This document shows positions 47,901 through 61,700 of a DNA stretch of 64,000 bases, one piece after another; the stretch's first letter is position 1, and the number at the start of each line of letters is the position of its first letter. A program made the position numbers and the translations under genes. Source of the DNA: Eledone cirrhosa (Eukaryota); the NCBI GenBank assembly GCA_964016885.1, contig OZ024745.1, positions 90,892,001 to 90,956,000 on the forward strand, in the 5' to 3' direction. The notes beneath the pieces were generated by a model that worked only from the letters and a program-made list of their open reading frames with translations, was not told where the DNA came from and did no database searches.

Positions 47901-49200
47901 CATTGCAAGCCCACTGAAAGAGTTTTAAACAACATTGCAAGTCCTCTGAAAGAGTTTTAAACAACATTGCAAGCCCACTTTTAAACAACATTGCAAGCCC
48001 ACTGAAAGTGTTTTAAAAAACATTCCAAGCCCACTGAAAGTGTTATAAATAACATTGCAAGCCCACTGAAAGTGTTTCAAACAACAATGCAAGCCCACTA
48101 AAAGTGTTTTAAACAACATTGCATTGCAAGTCCACTAAAAGTGTTTTAAACAACATTGGACGCCCATTAAAAGTGTATTAAACAACATTGCAAGCCCACT
48201 GAAAGAGTTTTAAACAAGATTGCAAGCCCACTGAAATAGTTTTAAACAACATTGCAAGCCCACTAAAAGAGTTTTAAACAGCATTGCAAGCCCACTAAAA
48301 GTATTTTAAACAACATTGGAAGCCCACTAAAAGAGTTTTAAACAACATTGGAAGCCCACTAAAAGTGTTTTAAACAACATTGCAAGCCCACTGAAAGAGT
48401 TCTAAACAACATTGCAAGCCCACTGAAAGAGTTTTAAACAACATTGCAAACCCTCTGAAAGAGCTTTTGCAAGCCCACTTTTAAACAACATTGCAAGCCC
48501 ACTGAAAGACTTTAAACAACATTGCAAGCCCACTAAAACTGTTTTAAACAACATTGTAAGCCCACTGAAAGAGGTTAAACAACATTACAAGCCCACTAAA
48601 AGTGTTTTAAACAACATTATAAGCCCACTGACAGAGTTTTCAACAAAATTGCAAGCTCATTAAAAGTGTTTCAAGCAACATTGCAAGCAAACTGAAAGAG
48701 TTTTAAAAAACATTGCAAGCCCACTGAAAGAGTTTTAAACCACATTGCAAGCCCACTGAAAGAGTTTTAAACAACATTGTAAGCCCACTAAAACTGTTTT
48801 AAACAACATTGCAAGCCCACTAAAAGTGTTTAAAACAACATCGTAAGCCCACTAATAGCGTTTTAAACAACATTGCAAACCCACTGAAAGTGTTTTAAAC
48901 AACATTGCAAGGCCAATAAAAGTGTTTTAAACAACATTGCAAGCCCACTGAGAGAGTTTTAAACAACATTGCAAGCCTACTGAAAGTGTTTTAAACAACA
49001 TTGTAAGCCCACTGAAAGAGGTTAAACAACATTGCAAGCCCACTAAAAGTATTTTAACCAACATTGTAAGCCTACTGACAGAGTTTTAAACAAAATTGCA
49101 AGCTCACTAAAAGTGTTTCAAACAAAATTGCAAGCCCACTGAAAGAGTTTTAAAAAACATTGCATGCCCACTGAAAGAGTTTTAAACAACATTGCAAGCC
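45000..49200. repeat. Higher-order tandem pair, 2,126 bp
   Basis: CATTGCATTGCAAGTCC at 45991 and 48117, with further copies at 51763 and 53479. Matching artefactual ORFs at 45799 and 47925. Boundaries approximate. Confidence 0.75.
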
Positions 49201-52200
49201 CACTAAAAGTGTTTTAAACAACATTGCAAGCCCACTGAAAGTGTTTTAAACAACATCGCAAGCCCACTAAAAGTGTTTTAAACAACATTGCAAGCCCACT
49301 AAAAGTGTTTTAAACAACATTGCAAGCCCACGAAAAGTGTTTAAAACAACATCGTAAGCCCACTAATAGCGTTTTAAACAACAATGCAAACCCACTGAAA
49401 GTGTTTTAAGAAACATTGGAAGCCCACTGAAAGTGTTTTAAACAACATTGCAAGCTCACTAAAAGTATTTTAATCAACCTTGTAATCCCACTGAAAGAGT
49501 TTTAAACAACATTGTAAGCTCATTGAAAGAGTTTTAAACAACATTGCAAGCTCACTAAAAGTATTTTAAACAACATTGCAAGCCCTCTAAAATATTTTAA
49601 ACAACATTGCAAGCCCACTGAGAGTGTTTTAAACAACATTGCAAGCCCACTAAAAGAGTTTTAAACAACATTGGAAGCCCACTGAAAGACTTTTAAACAA
49701 TATTGCAAGCCCACTGAAAGAGTTTTAAACAACATTGCAAGCCCACTAAAAGTGTTTTAAACAACATTGGAAGCCCACTAAAAGAGTTTTAAACAACATT
49801 GGAAGCCCACTAAAAGAGTTTTAAACAACATTGCAAGCCCACTGAAAGAGTTCTAAACAACATTGCAAGCTCACTGAAAGAGTTTTAAACAACATTGCAA
49901 ACCCTCTGAAAGAGCTTTTGTAAGCCCACTTTTAAACAACATTGCAAGCCCACTAAAACTGTTTTAAACAACATTGTAAGCCCACTGAAAGAGGTTAAAC
50001 AACATTACAATCCCACTAAAAGTGTTTTAAACAACATTGTAAGCCCACTGACAGAGTTTTCAACAAAATTGCAAGCTCACTAAAAGTGTTTCAAGCAACA
50101 TTGCAAGCCCACTGAAAGAGTTTTAAAAAACATTGCAAGCCCACTGAAAGAGTTTTAAACCACATTGCAAGCCCACTGAAAGAGTTTTAAACAACACTGC
50201 AAGCCCACTAAAAGAGTTTTAAACAACATTGCAAGGCCAATAAAAGTGTTTTAAACAACATTGCAAGCCCACTGAGAGAGTTTTAAACAACATTGCAAGC
50301 CTACTGAAAGTGTTTTAATCAACATTGTAAGCCCACTAAAGAGGTTAAACAACATTGCAAGCCCACTAAAAGTATTTTAACCAACATTGTAAGCCTACTG
50401 ACAGAGTTTTAAACAAAATTGCAAGCTCACTAAAAGTGTTTCAAACAACATTGCAAGCCCACTGAAAGAGTTTTAAAAAACATTGCATGCCCACTGAAAG
50501 ATTTTTAAACCACATTGCAAGCCCACTTAAAGAGTTTAAAACAACATTGTAAGCCCACTAAAAGAGTTTTAAACAACATTGCAAGCTCACTAAAAGTGTT
50601 ATAAACAACATTGCAAGCCCACTGAAAGAGTTTTAAACAACATTGCAAGCCCACTGAAAGAGTTTGAAACAACATTGCAAACACACTGAAAGAGTTTAAA
50701 ACAACATTGCAAGCCCTCTAAAAGTGTTTTAAACAACATTGCAAGCCCGCTGAAAGAGTTTTAACCAACATTGCAAGCCCACTGAAAGAGTTTTAAAAAA
50801 CATTGCAAGCCCACTTAAAGACTTTTAAACAATATTGCAAGACCACTAAAACAGTTTTAAACAACATTGTAAGCCCACTAAAACTGTTTTAAACAACATT
50901 GCAGGACCACTAAAAGTGTTTAAAACAACATCGTAAGCCCACTAATAGCGTTTTAAACAACATTGCAAACCCACTGAAAGAATTTTTAAACAACATGGCA
51001 AACACACTGAAAGTGTTTTAAGAAACATTGGAAGCCCACTGAAAGTGTTTTAAACAACATTGCAAGCTCACTAAAATTATTTTAATCAACCTTGTAATCC
51101 CACTGAAAGAGTCTTAAATAACATTGTAAGCTCACTGACAGAGTTTTAAACAAAATTGCAAGCTCACTGAAAGAGTTTTAAACAACATTGCAAGCCGACT
51201 AAAAGTGTTTTAAATAACATTGCAAGCCCACTGAAAGAGTTTTAAAAAACATTGCAAGCCCACTGAAAGAGTTTTAAACCACATTTCAAGCCCACTTAAA
51301 GAGTTTAAAACAACATTGTAAGCCCACTAAAACTGTTTTAAACAACATTGCAAGCCCACTAAAAGTGTTTAAAACAACATCGTAAGCCCACTAAAATTGT
51401 TTAAAACAACATCGTAAGCCCACTAATAGCGTTTTAAACAACATTGCAAACCCACTGAAAGAATTTTTAAACAACATTGCAAACACACTGAAAGTGTTTT
51501 AAGAAACATTGTAAGCCCACTGAAAGTGTTTTAAACAACATTGCAAGCTCACTAAAAGTATTTTAATCAACATTGTAATCCCACTGAAAGAGTTTTAAAC
51601 AACATTGTAAGCCCACTGACAAAGTTTTAAGCAAAATTGCAAGCTCACTGAAAGAGTTTTAAACAACATTGCAAGCCGACTAAAAGTGTTTTAAATAACT
51701 TTGCAAGCCCACTGAAAGAGTTTTAAACAACATTGCAAGCCCACTAAAAGTGTTTTAAACAACATTGCATTGCAAGTCCACTAAAAGTGTTTTAAACAAC
51801 ATTGGACGCCCATTAAAAGTGTATTAAACAACATTGCAAGCCCACTGAAAGAGTTTTAAACAAGATTGCAAGCCCACTGAAATAGTTTTAAACAACATTG
51901 CAAGCCCACTAAAAGAGTTTTAAACAGCATTGCAAGCCCACTAAAAGTGTTTTAAACAACATTGGAAGCCCACTAAAAGAGTTTTAAACAACATTGGAAG
52001 CCCACTAAAAGTGTTTTAAACAACATTGCAACCCCACTGAAAGAGTTCTAAACAACATTGCAAGCCCACTGAAAGAGTTTTAAACAACATTACAAACCCT
52101 CTGAAAGAGCTTTTGCAAGCCCACTTTTAAACAACACTGCAAGCCCACTGAAAGACTTTAAACAACATTGCAAGCCCACTAAAATTGTTTTAAACAACAT

Positions 52201-55200
52201 TGTAAGCCCACTGAAAGAGGTTAAACAACATTACAAGCCCACTAAAAGTGTTTTAAACAACATTATAAGCCCACTGACAGAGTTTTCAACAAAATTGCAA
52301 GCTCACTAAAAGTGTTTCAAGCAACATTGCAAGCCCACTGAAAGAGTTTTAAAAAACATTGCAAGCCCACTGAAAGAGTTTTAAACCACATTGCAAGCCC
52401 ACTGAAAGAGTTTTAAACAACACTGCAAGCCCACTAAAAGAGTTTTAAACAACATTGCAAGGCCAATAAAAGTGTTTTAAACAACATTGCAAGCCCACTG
52501 AGAGAGTTTTAAACAACATTGCAAGCCTACTGACAGAGTTTTAAACAAAATTGCAAGCTCACTAAAAGTGTTTCAAACAACATTGCAAGCCCACTGAAAG
52601 AGTTTTAAAAAACATTGCATGCCCACTGAAAGAGTTTTAAACCACATTGCAAGCCCACTTAAAGAGTTTAAAACAACATTGTAAGCCCACTAAAACTGTT
52701 TTAAACAACATTGCAAGCCCACTAAAAGTGTTTAAAACAACATCGTAAGCCCACTAATAGCGTTTTAAACAACATTGCAAACCCACTGAAAGAATTTTTA
52801 AACAACATTGCAAACACACTGAAAGTGTTTTAAGAAACATTGGAAGCCCACTGAAAGTGTTTTAAACAACATTGCAAGCTCACTAAAAGTATTTTAATCA
52901 ACCTTGTAATCCCACTGAAAGAGTTTTAAACAACATTGTAAGCCCACTGACAGAGTTTTAAACAAAATTGCAAGCTCACTGAAAGAGTTTTAAACAACAT
53001 TGCAAGCCGACTAAAAGTGTTTTAAATAACATTGCAAGCCCACTGAAAGAGTTTTAAAAAACATTGCAAGCCCACTGAAAGAGTTTTAAACCACATTGCA
53101 AGCCCACTTAAAGAGTTTAAAACAACATTGTAAGCCCACTAAAACTGTTTTAAACAACATTGCAAGCCCACTAAAAGTGTTTAAAACAACATCGTAAGCC
53201 CACTAATAGCGTTTTAAACAACAATGCAAACCCACTGAAAGAATTTTTAAACAACATTGCAAACACACTGAAAGTGTTTTAAGAAACATTGGAAGCCCAC
53301 TGAAAGTGTTTTAAACAACATTGCAAGCTCACTAAAAGTATTTTAATCAACATTGTAATCCCACTGAAAGAGTTTTAAACAACATTGTAAGCCCACTGAC
53401 AAAGTTTTAAACAAAATTGCAAGCTCACTGAAAGAGTTTTAAACAACATTGCAAGCCCACTAAAAGTGTTTTAAACAACATTGCATTGCAAGTCCACTAA
53501 AAGTTTTTTAAACAACATTGGACGCCCATTAAAAGTGTATTAAACAACATTGCAAGCCGACTGAAAGAGTTTTAAACAAGATTGCAAGCCCACTGAAATA
53601 GTTTTAAACAACATTGCAAGCCCACTAAAAGAGTTTTAAACAGCATTGCAAGCCCACTAAAAGTGTTTTAAACAACATTGGAAGCCCACTAAAAGAGTTT
53701 TAAACAACATTGGAAGCCCACTAAAAGTGTTTTAAACAACATTGCAAGCCCACTGAAAGAGTTCTAAACAACATTGCAAGCCCACTGAAAGAGTTTTAAA
53801 CAACATTACAAACCCTCTGAAAGAGCTTTTGCAAGCCCACTTTTAAACAACATTGCAAGCCCACTGAAAGACTTTAAACAACATTGCAAGCCCACTAAAA
53901 GTGTTTTAAACAACATTATAAGCCCACTGACAGAGTTTTCAACAAAATTGCAAGCTCATTAAAAGTGTTTCAAGCAACTTTGCAAGCCCACTGAAAGAGT
54001 TTTAAAAAACATTGCAAGCCCACTGAAAGAGTTTTAAACCACATTGCAAGCCCACTGAAAGAGTTTTAAACAACATTGTAAGCCCACTAAAACTGTTATA
54101 AACAACATTGCAAGCCCACTAAAAGTGTTTAAAACAACATCGTAAGCCCACTAATAGCGTTTTAAACAACATTGCAAACCCACTGAAAGTGTTTTAAACA
54201 ACATTGCAAGGCCAATAAAAGTGTTTTAAACAACATTGCAAGCCCACTGAGAGAGTTTTAAACAACATTGCAAGCCTACTGAAAGTGTTTTAAACAACAT
54301 TGTAAGCCCACTGAAAGAGGTTAAACAACATTGCAAGCCCACTAAAAGTATTTTAACCAACATTGTAAGCCTACTGACAGAGTTTTAAACAAAATTGCAA
54401 GCTCACTAAAAGTGTTTCAAACAACCTTGCAAGCCCACTGAAAGAGTTTTAAAAAACATTGCATGCCCACTGAAAGAGTTTTAAACCACATTGCAAGCCC
54501 ACTGAAAGAGTTTAAAACAACATTGTAAGCCCACTAAAACTGTTTTAAACAACATTGCAAGCCCACTAAAAGTGTTTAAAACAACATCGTAAGCCCACTA
54601 ATAGCATTTTAAACAACATTGCAAACCCACTGAAAGTGTTTCAAGAAACATTGGAAGCCCACTGAAAGTGTTTTAAACAACATTGCAAGCTCACTAAAAG
54701 TATTTTAATCAACCTTGTAATCCCACTGAAAGAGTTTTAAACAACATTGTAAGCCCACTGACAGAGTTTTAAACAAAATTGCAAGCTCATTGAAAGAGTT
54801 TTAAACAACATTGCAAGCTCACTAAAAGTATTTTAAACAACATTGCAAGCCCTCTAAAATATTTTAAACAACATTGCAAGCCCACTAAAAGAGTTTTAAA
54901 CAACATTGGAAGCCCACTGAAAGACTTTTAAACAATATTGCAAGCCCACTTTAAGAGTTTTAAACAACATTGCAAGCCCACTAAAAGTGTTTTAAACAAC
55001 ATTGGAAGCCCACTAAAAGAGTTTTAAACAACATTGGAAGCCCACTAAAAGAGTTTTAAACAACATTGCAAGCCCACTGAAAGAGTTCTAAACAACATTG
55101 CAAGCCCACTGAAAGAGTTTTAAACAACATTGCAAACCCTCTGAAAGAGCTTTTGCAAGCCCACTTTTAAACAACATTGCAAGCCCACTAAAACTGTTTT

Positions 55201-55799
55201 AAACAACATTGTAAGCCCACTGAAAGAGGTTTAACAACATTACAAGCCCACTAAAAGTGTTTTAAACAACATTGTAAGCCCACTGACAGAGTTTTCAACA
55301 AAATTGCAAGCTCACTAAAAGTGTTTCAAGCAACATTGCAAGCCCACTGAAAGAGTTTTAAAAAACATTGCAAGCCCACTGAAAGAGTTTTAAACCACAT
55401 TGCAAGCCCACTGAAAGAGTTTTAAACAACACTGCAAGCCCACTAAAAGAGTTTTAAACAACATTGCAAGCCCACTAAAAGTGTTTAAAACAACATCGTA
55501 AGCCCACTAATAGCGTTTTAAACAACATTGCAAACCCACTGAAAGTGTTTTAAACAACATTGCAAGGCCAATAATAGTGTTTTAAACAACATTGCAAGCC
55601 CACTGAGAGAGTTTTAAACAACATTGCAAGCCTACTGAAAGTGTTTTAAACAACATTGTAAGCCCACTGAAAGAGGTTAAACAACATTGCAAGCCCACTA
55701 AAAGTATTTTAACCAACATTGTAAGGCTACTGACAGAGTTTTAAACAAAATTGCAAGCTCACTAAAAGTGTTTCAAACAACATTGCAAGCCCACTGAAA

Positions 55800-58700
55800 G
55801 AGTTTTAAAAAACATTGCATGCCCACTGAAAGAGTTTTAAACCACATTGCAAGCCCACTTAAAGAGTTTAAAACAACATTGTAAGCCCACTAAAACTGTT
55901 TTAAACAACATTGCAAGCCCACCAAAAGTGTTTAAAACAACATCGTAAGCCCACTAATAGCGTTTTAAACAACATTGCAAACCCACTGAAAGAATTTTTA
56001 AACAACATTGCAAACACACTAAAAGTGTTTCAAGAAAGATTGGAAGCCCACTGAAAGTGTTTTAAACAACATTGCAAGCTCACTAAAAGTATTTTAATCA
56101 ACCTTCTAATCCCACTGAAAGAGTTTTAAACAACATTGTAAGCCCACCAACAGAGTTTTAAACAAAATTGCAAGCTCACTGAAAGAGTTTTAAACAACAT
56201 TGCAAGCCGACTAAAAGTGTTTTAAATAACATTGCAAGCCCACTGAAAGAGTTTTAAAAAACATTGCAAGCCCACTGAAAGAGTTTTAAACCACATTGCA
56301 AGCCCACTTAAAGAGTTTAAAACAACATTGTAAGCCCACTAAAACTGTTTTAAACAACATTGCAAGCCCACTAAAAGTGTTTAAAACAACATCGTAGGCC
56401 CACTAATAGCGTTTTAAACAACATTGCAAACCCACTGAAAGAATTTTTAAACAACATTGCAAACACACTGAAAGTGTTTTAAGAAACATTGGAAGCCCAC
56501 TGAAAGTGTTTTAAACAACATTGCAAGCTCACTAAAAGTATTTTAATCAACATTGTAATCCCACTGAAAGAGTTTTAAACAACATTGTAAGCCCACTGAC
56601 AAAGTTTTAAACAGAATTGCAAGCTCACTGAAAGAGTTTTAAACAACATTGCAAGCCGACTAAAAGTGTTTTAAATAACATTGCAAGCCCACTGAAAGAG
56701 TTTAAACAACATTGCAAGCCCACTTTTAAACAACATTGCAAGCCCACTAAAAGTGTTTTAATTAACATTGCAAGCCCACTGAAAGAGTTTTAAACAACAT
56801 TGCAAGTCCTCTGAAAGTGTTTTAAACAACATTGCAAGCCCACTAAAAGTGTTTTAAACAACATTGGAAGCCCACTAAAATTGTTTAAAACAACTTTGCA
56901 ATGCCACTGAAAGAGTTATAAGTAACATTGCAAGCCCACTGAAAGTGTTTTAAACAACATTGCAAACCGACTGAAAGAGTTTTAAACAACATTGGAAGCC
57001 CACTGAAAGAGTTTTAAACAACATTGCAAGCCCACTTTTAAACAACGTTGCAAGACCTCTGTAAGAATTTTGTACAACATTGCAAACCCAGTAAAAGTGT
57101 TTTAAACAACATTGCAAGCCTACTGAAAGTGTTTTAAACAACATTGCAAGCCCACTAAAACTGTTTTAAACCACATTGTAAGCCCACTGAAAGAGTTTTA
57201 AACAACATTGCAATTCGACAAAAACGTGTTTTAAACAACACTGCAAGCCCACTGAAAGTGTTTTAAACAACATTGCAAGCCCACTCAAACTGTTTTAAAC
57301 CACATTGTTAGCCCACTTAAAGAGTTTTAAACAACATTGCAAGCCCACTGAAAGAGTTTTAAACAACATTGCAAGCCCACTAAAATTATTTTAATCAACA
57401 TTGTAAGCCCACTGAAAGAGTTTTAAACAACATTGCAAGCCCACTAAAAGCGTCTTAAAGAACATTGTAAGCCCACTGAAAGAGTTTTAAACAACATAGC
57501 AAGCCCTCTATAAGTGTTTTAAACAATAATGCAAGCCCACTGAAAGTGTTTTAAACAAACTTTCAAGCCCAGTGAAAGAGTTTTAAACAACATTGCAAGC
57601 CCACTAAAAGAGTTTTAAACAACATTGCAAGCTCACTAAAAGTGTTATAAACAACATTGCAAGCCCACTGAAAGAGTTTTAAACAACATTGCAAGCCCAC
57701 TGAAAGAGTTTGAAACAACATTGCAAACACACTGAAAGAGTTTAAAACAACATTGCAAGCCCTCTAAAAGTGTTTTAAACAACATTGCAAGCCCACTGAA
57801 AGAGTTCTAAACAACATTGCAAGTCCTCTGAAAGTGTTTTAAACAACATTGCAAGCCCACTAAAAGAGTTTTAAACAACATTGCAACCACAATAAAAGTG
57901 TTTTAAACAACATTGGAAGCCCACTGAAAGAGTTTTAAACAACATTGCAAGCCCACTAAAAGTGTTTTAAAAAACATTGCAAGGCCACTGAAAGAGTTTT
58001 AAACCACATTGCAAGCCAACTGAAAGAGATTTTAAACAACATTGCAAGCCCTCTGAAAGAGTTTTTGCAAGCCCACTTTTAAACAACATTGCAAGCTCAC
58101 TGAAAGAGTTTTAAACAACATTGCAAACCCACTGAAATAGTTTTAAACAACATTGGAGTCCACTGAAAGTGTTTTAAAAAACATTGTAAGCCCAGTGAAA
58201 GAGTTTTAAACAACATTGCAAGCCCACTAAAAGAGTGTTAAACAACATTGTAAGCTCACTAGAAGTGTTATAAACAACGTTGCAAGCCCACTGAAAGAGT
58301 TTAAAACAACATTGCTAACCCTCAAAGAGTTTTAAACAACATTGCAAGCCCAGTTTTAAACAACATTGCCAGCCCACTGAGAGAGTTTTAAACAACATTG
58401 CAAGCCTACTGAAAGTGTTTTAAACAACATTGTAAGCCCACTGAAAGAGGTTAAACAACATTGCAAGCCCACTGAAAGAGTTTTAAAAAACATTGCAAGC
58501 CCACTGAAAGAGTTTTAAACCACATTGCAAGCCCACTTAAAGAGTTTAAAACAACATTGTAAGCCCACTAAAACTGTTTTAAACAACATTGCAAGCCCAC
58601 TAAAAGTGTTTAAAACAACATCGTAAGCCCACTAATAGCGTTTTAAACAACATTGCAAACCCACTGAAAGAATTTTTAAACAACATTGCAAACACACTAA

Positions 58701-61700
58701 AAGTGTTTCAAGAAACATTGGAAGCCCACTGAAAGTGTTTTAAACAACATTGCAAGCTCACTAAAAGTATTTTAATCAACCTTCTAATCCCACTGAAAGA
58801 GTTTTAAACAACATTGTAAGCCCACCAACAGAGTTTTAAACAAAATTGCAAGCTCACTGAAAGAGTTTTAAACAACATTGCAAGCCGACTAAAAGTGTTT
58901 TAAATAACATTGCAAGCCCACTGAAAGAGTTTTAAAAAACATTGCAAGCCCACTGAAAGAGTTTTAAACCACATTGCAAGCCCACTTAAAGAGTTTAAAA
59001 CAACATTGTAAGCCCACTAAAACTGTTTTAAACAACATTGCAAGCCCACTAAAAGTGTTTAAAACAACATCGTAGGCCCACTAATAGCGTTTTAAACAAC
59101 ATTGCAAACCCACTGAAAGAATTTTTAAACAACATTGCAAACACACTGAAAGTGTTTTAAGAAACATTGGAAGCCCACTGAAAGTGTTTTAAACAACATT
59201 GCAAGCTCACTAAAAGTATTTTAATCAACATTGTAATCCCACTGAAAGAGTTTTAAACAACATTGTAAGCCCACTGACAAAGTTTTAAACAGAATTGCAA
59301 GCTCACTGAAAGAGTTTTAAACAACATTGCAAGCCGACTAAAAGTGTTTTAAATAACATTGCAAGCCCACTGAAAGAGTTTAAACAACATTGCAAGCCCA
59401 CTTTTAAACAACATTGCAAGCCCACTAAAAGTGTTTTAATTAACATTGCAAGCCCACTGAAAGAGTTTTAAACAACATTGCAAGTCCTCTGAAAGTGTTT
59501 TAAACAACATTGCAAGCCCACTAAAAGTGTTTTAAACAACATTGGAAGCCCACTAAAATTGTTTAAAACAACTTTGCAATGCCACTGAAAGAGTTATAAG
59601 TAACATTGCAAGCCCACTGAAAGTGTTTTAAACAACATTGCAAACCGACTGAAAGAGTTTTAAACAACATTGGAAGCCCACTGAAAGAGTTTTAAACAAC
59701 ATTGCAAGCCCACTTTTAAACAACGTTGCAAGACCTCTGTAAGAATTTTGTACAACATTGCAAACCCAGTAAAAGTGTTTTAAACAACATTGCAAGCCTA
59801 CTGAAAGTGTTTTAAACAACATTGCAAGCCCACTAAAACTGTTTTAAACCACATTGTAAGCCCACTGAAAGAGTTTTAAACAACATTGCAATTCGACAAA
59901 AACGTGTTTTAAACAACACTGCAAGCCCACTGAAAGTGTTTTAAACAACATTGCAAGCCCACTCAAACTGTTTTAAACCACATTGTTAGCCCACTTAAAG
60001 AGTTTTAAACAACATTGCAAGCCCACTGAAAGAGTTTTAAACAACATTGCAAGCCCACTAAAATTATTTTAATCAACATTGTAAGCCCACTGAAAGAGTT
60101 TTAAACAACATTGCAAGCCCACTAAAAGCGTCTTAAAGAACATTGTAAGCCCACTGAAAGAGTTTTAAACAACATAGCAAGCCCTCTATAAGTGTTTTAA
60201 ACAATAATGCAAGCCCACTGAAAGTGTTTTAAACAACATTGCAAGCCCAGTGAAAGAGTTTTAAACAACATTGCAAGCCCACTAAAAGAGTTTTAAACAA
60301 CATTGCAAGCTCACTAAAAGTGTTATAAACAACATTGCAAGCCCACTGAAAGAGTTTTAAACAACATTGCAAGCCCACTGAAAGAGTTTGAAACAACATT
60401 GCAAACACACTGAAAGAGTTTAAAACAACATTGCAAGCCCTCTAAAAGTGTTTTAAACAACATTGCAAGCCCACTGAAAGAGTTCTAAACAACATTGCAA
60501 GTCCTCTGAAAGTGTTTTAAACAACATTGCAAGCCCACTAAAAGAGTTTTAAACAACATTGCAACCACAATAAAAGTGTTTTAAACAACATTGGAAGCCC
60601 ACTGAAAGAGTTTTAAACAACATTGCAAGCCCACTAAAAGCGTCTTAAAGAACATTGCAAGCCCACTGAAAGAGTTTGAAACAACATTGCAAACACACTG
60701 AAAGAGTTTAAAACAACATTGCAAGCCCTCTAAAAGTGTTTTAAACAACATTGCAAGCCCACTGAAAGAGTTCTAAACAACATTGCAAGTCCTCTGAAAG
60801 TGTTTTAAACAACATTGCAAGCCCACTAAAAGAGTTTTAAACAACATTGCAACCACAATAAAAGTGTTTTAAACAACATTGGAAGCCCACTGAAAGAGTT
60901 TTAAACAACATTGCAAGCCCACTAAAAGTGTTTTAAAAAACATTGCAAGGCCACTGAAAGAGTTTTAAACCACATTGCAAGCCAACTGAAAGAGATTTTA
61001 AACAACATTGCAAGCCCTCTGAAAGAGTTTTTGCAAGCCCACTTTTAAACAACATTGCAAGCTCACTGAAAGAGTTTTAAACAACATTGCAAACCCACTG
61101 AAATAGTTTTAAACAACATTGGAGTCCACTGAAAGTGTTTTAAAAAACATTGTAAGCCCAGTGAAAGAGTTTTAAACAACATTGCAAGCCCACTAAAAGA
61201 GTGTTAAACAACATTGTAAGCTCACTAGAAGTGTTATAAACAACGTTGCAAGCCCACTGAAAGAGTTTAAAACAACATTGCTAACCCTCAAAGAGTTTTA
61301 AACAACATTGCAAGCCCAGTTTTAAACAACATTGCCAGCCCACTGAGAGAGTTTTAAACAACATTGCAAGCCTACTGAAAGTGTTTTAAACAACATTGTA
61401 AGCCCACTGAAAGAGGTTAAACAACATTGCAAGCCCACTGAAAGAGTTTTAAAAAACATTGCAAGCCCACTGAAAGAGTTTTAAACCACATTGCAAGCCC
61501 ACTTAAAGAGTTTAAAACAACATTGTAAGCCCACTAAAACTGTTTTAAACAACATTGCAAGCCCACTAAAAGTGTTTAAAACAACATCGTAAGCCCACTA
61601 ATAGCGTTTTAAACAACATTGCAAACCCACTGAAAGAATTTTTAAACAACATTGCAAACACACTAAAAGTGTTTCAAGAAACATTGGAAGCCCACTGAAA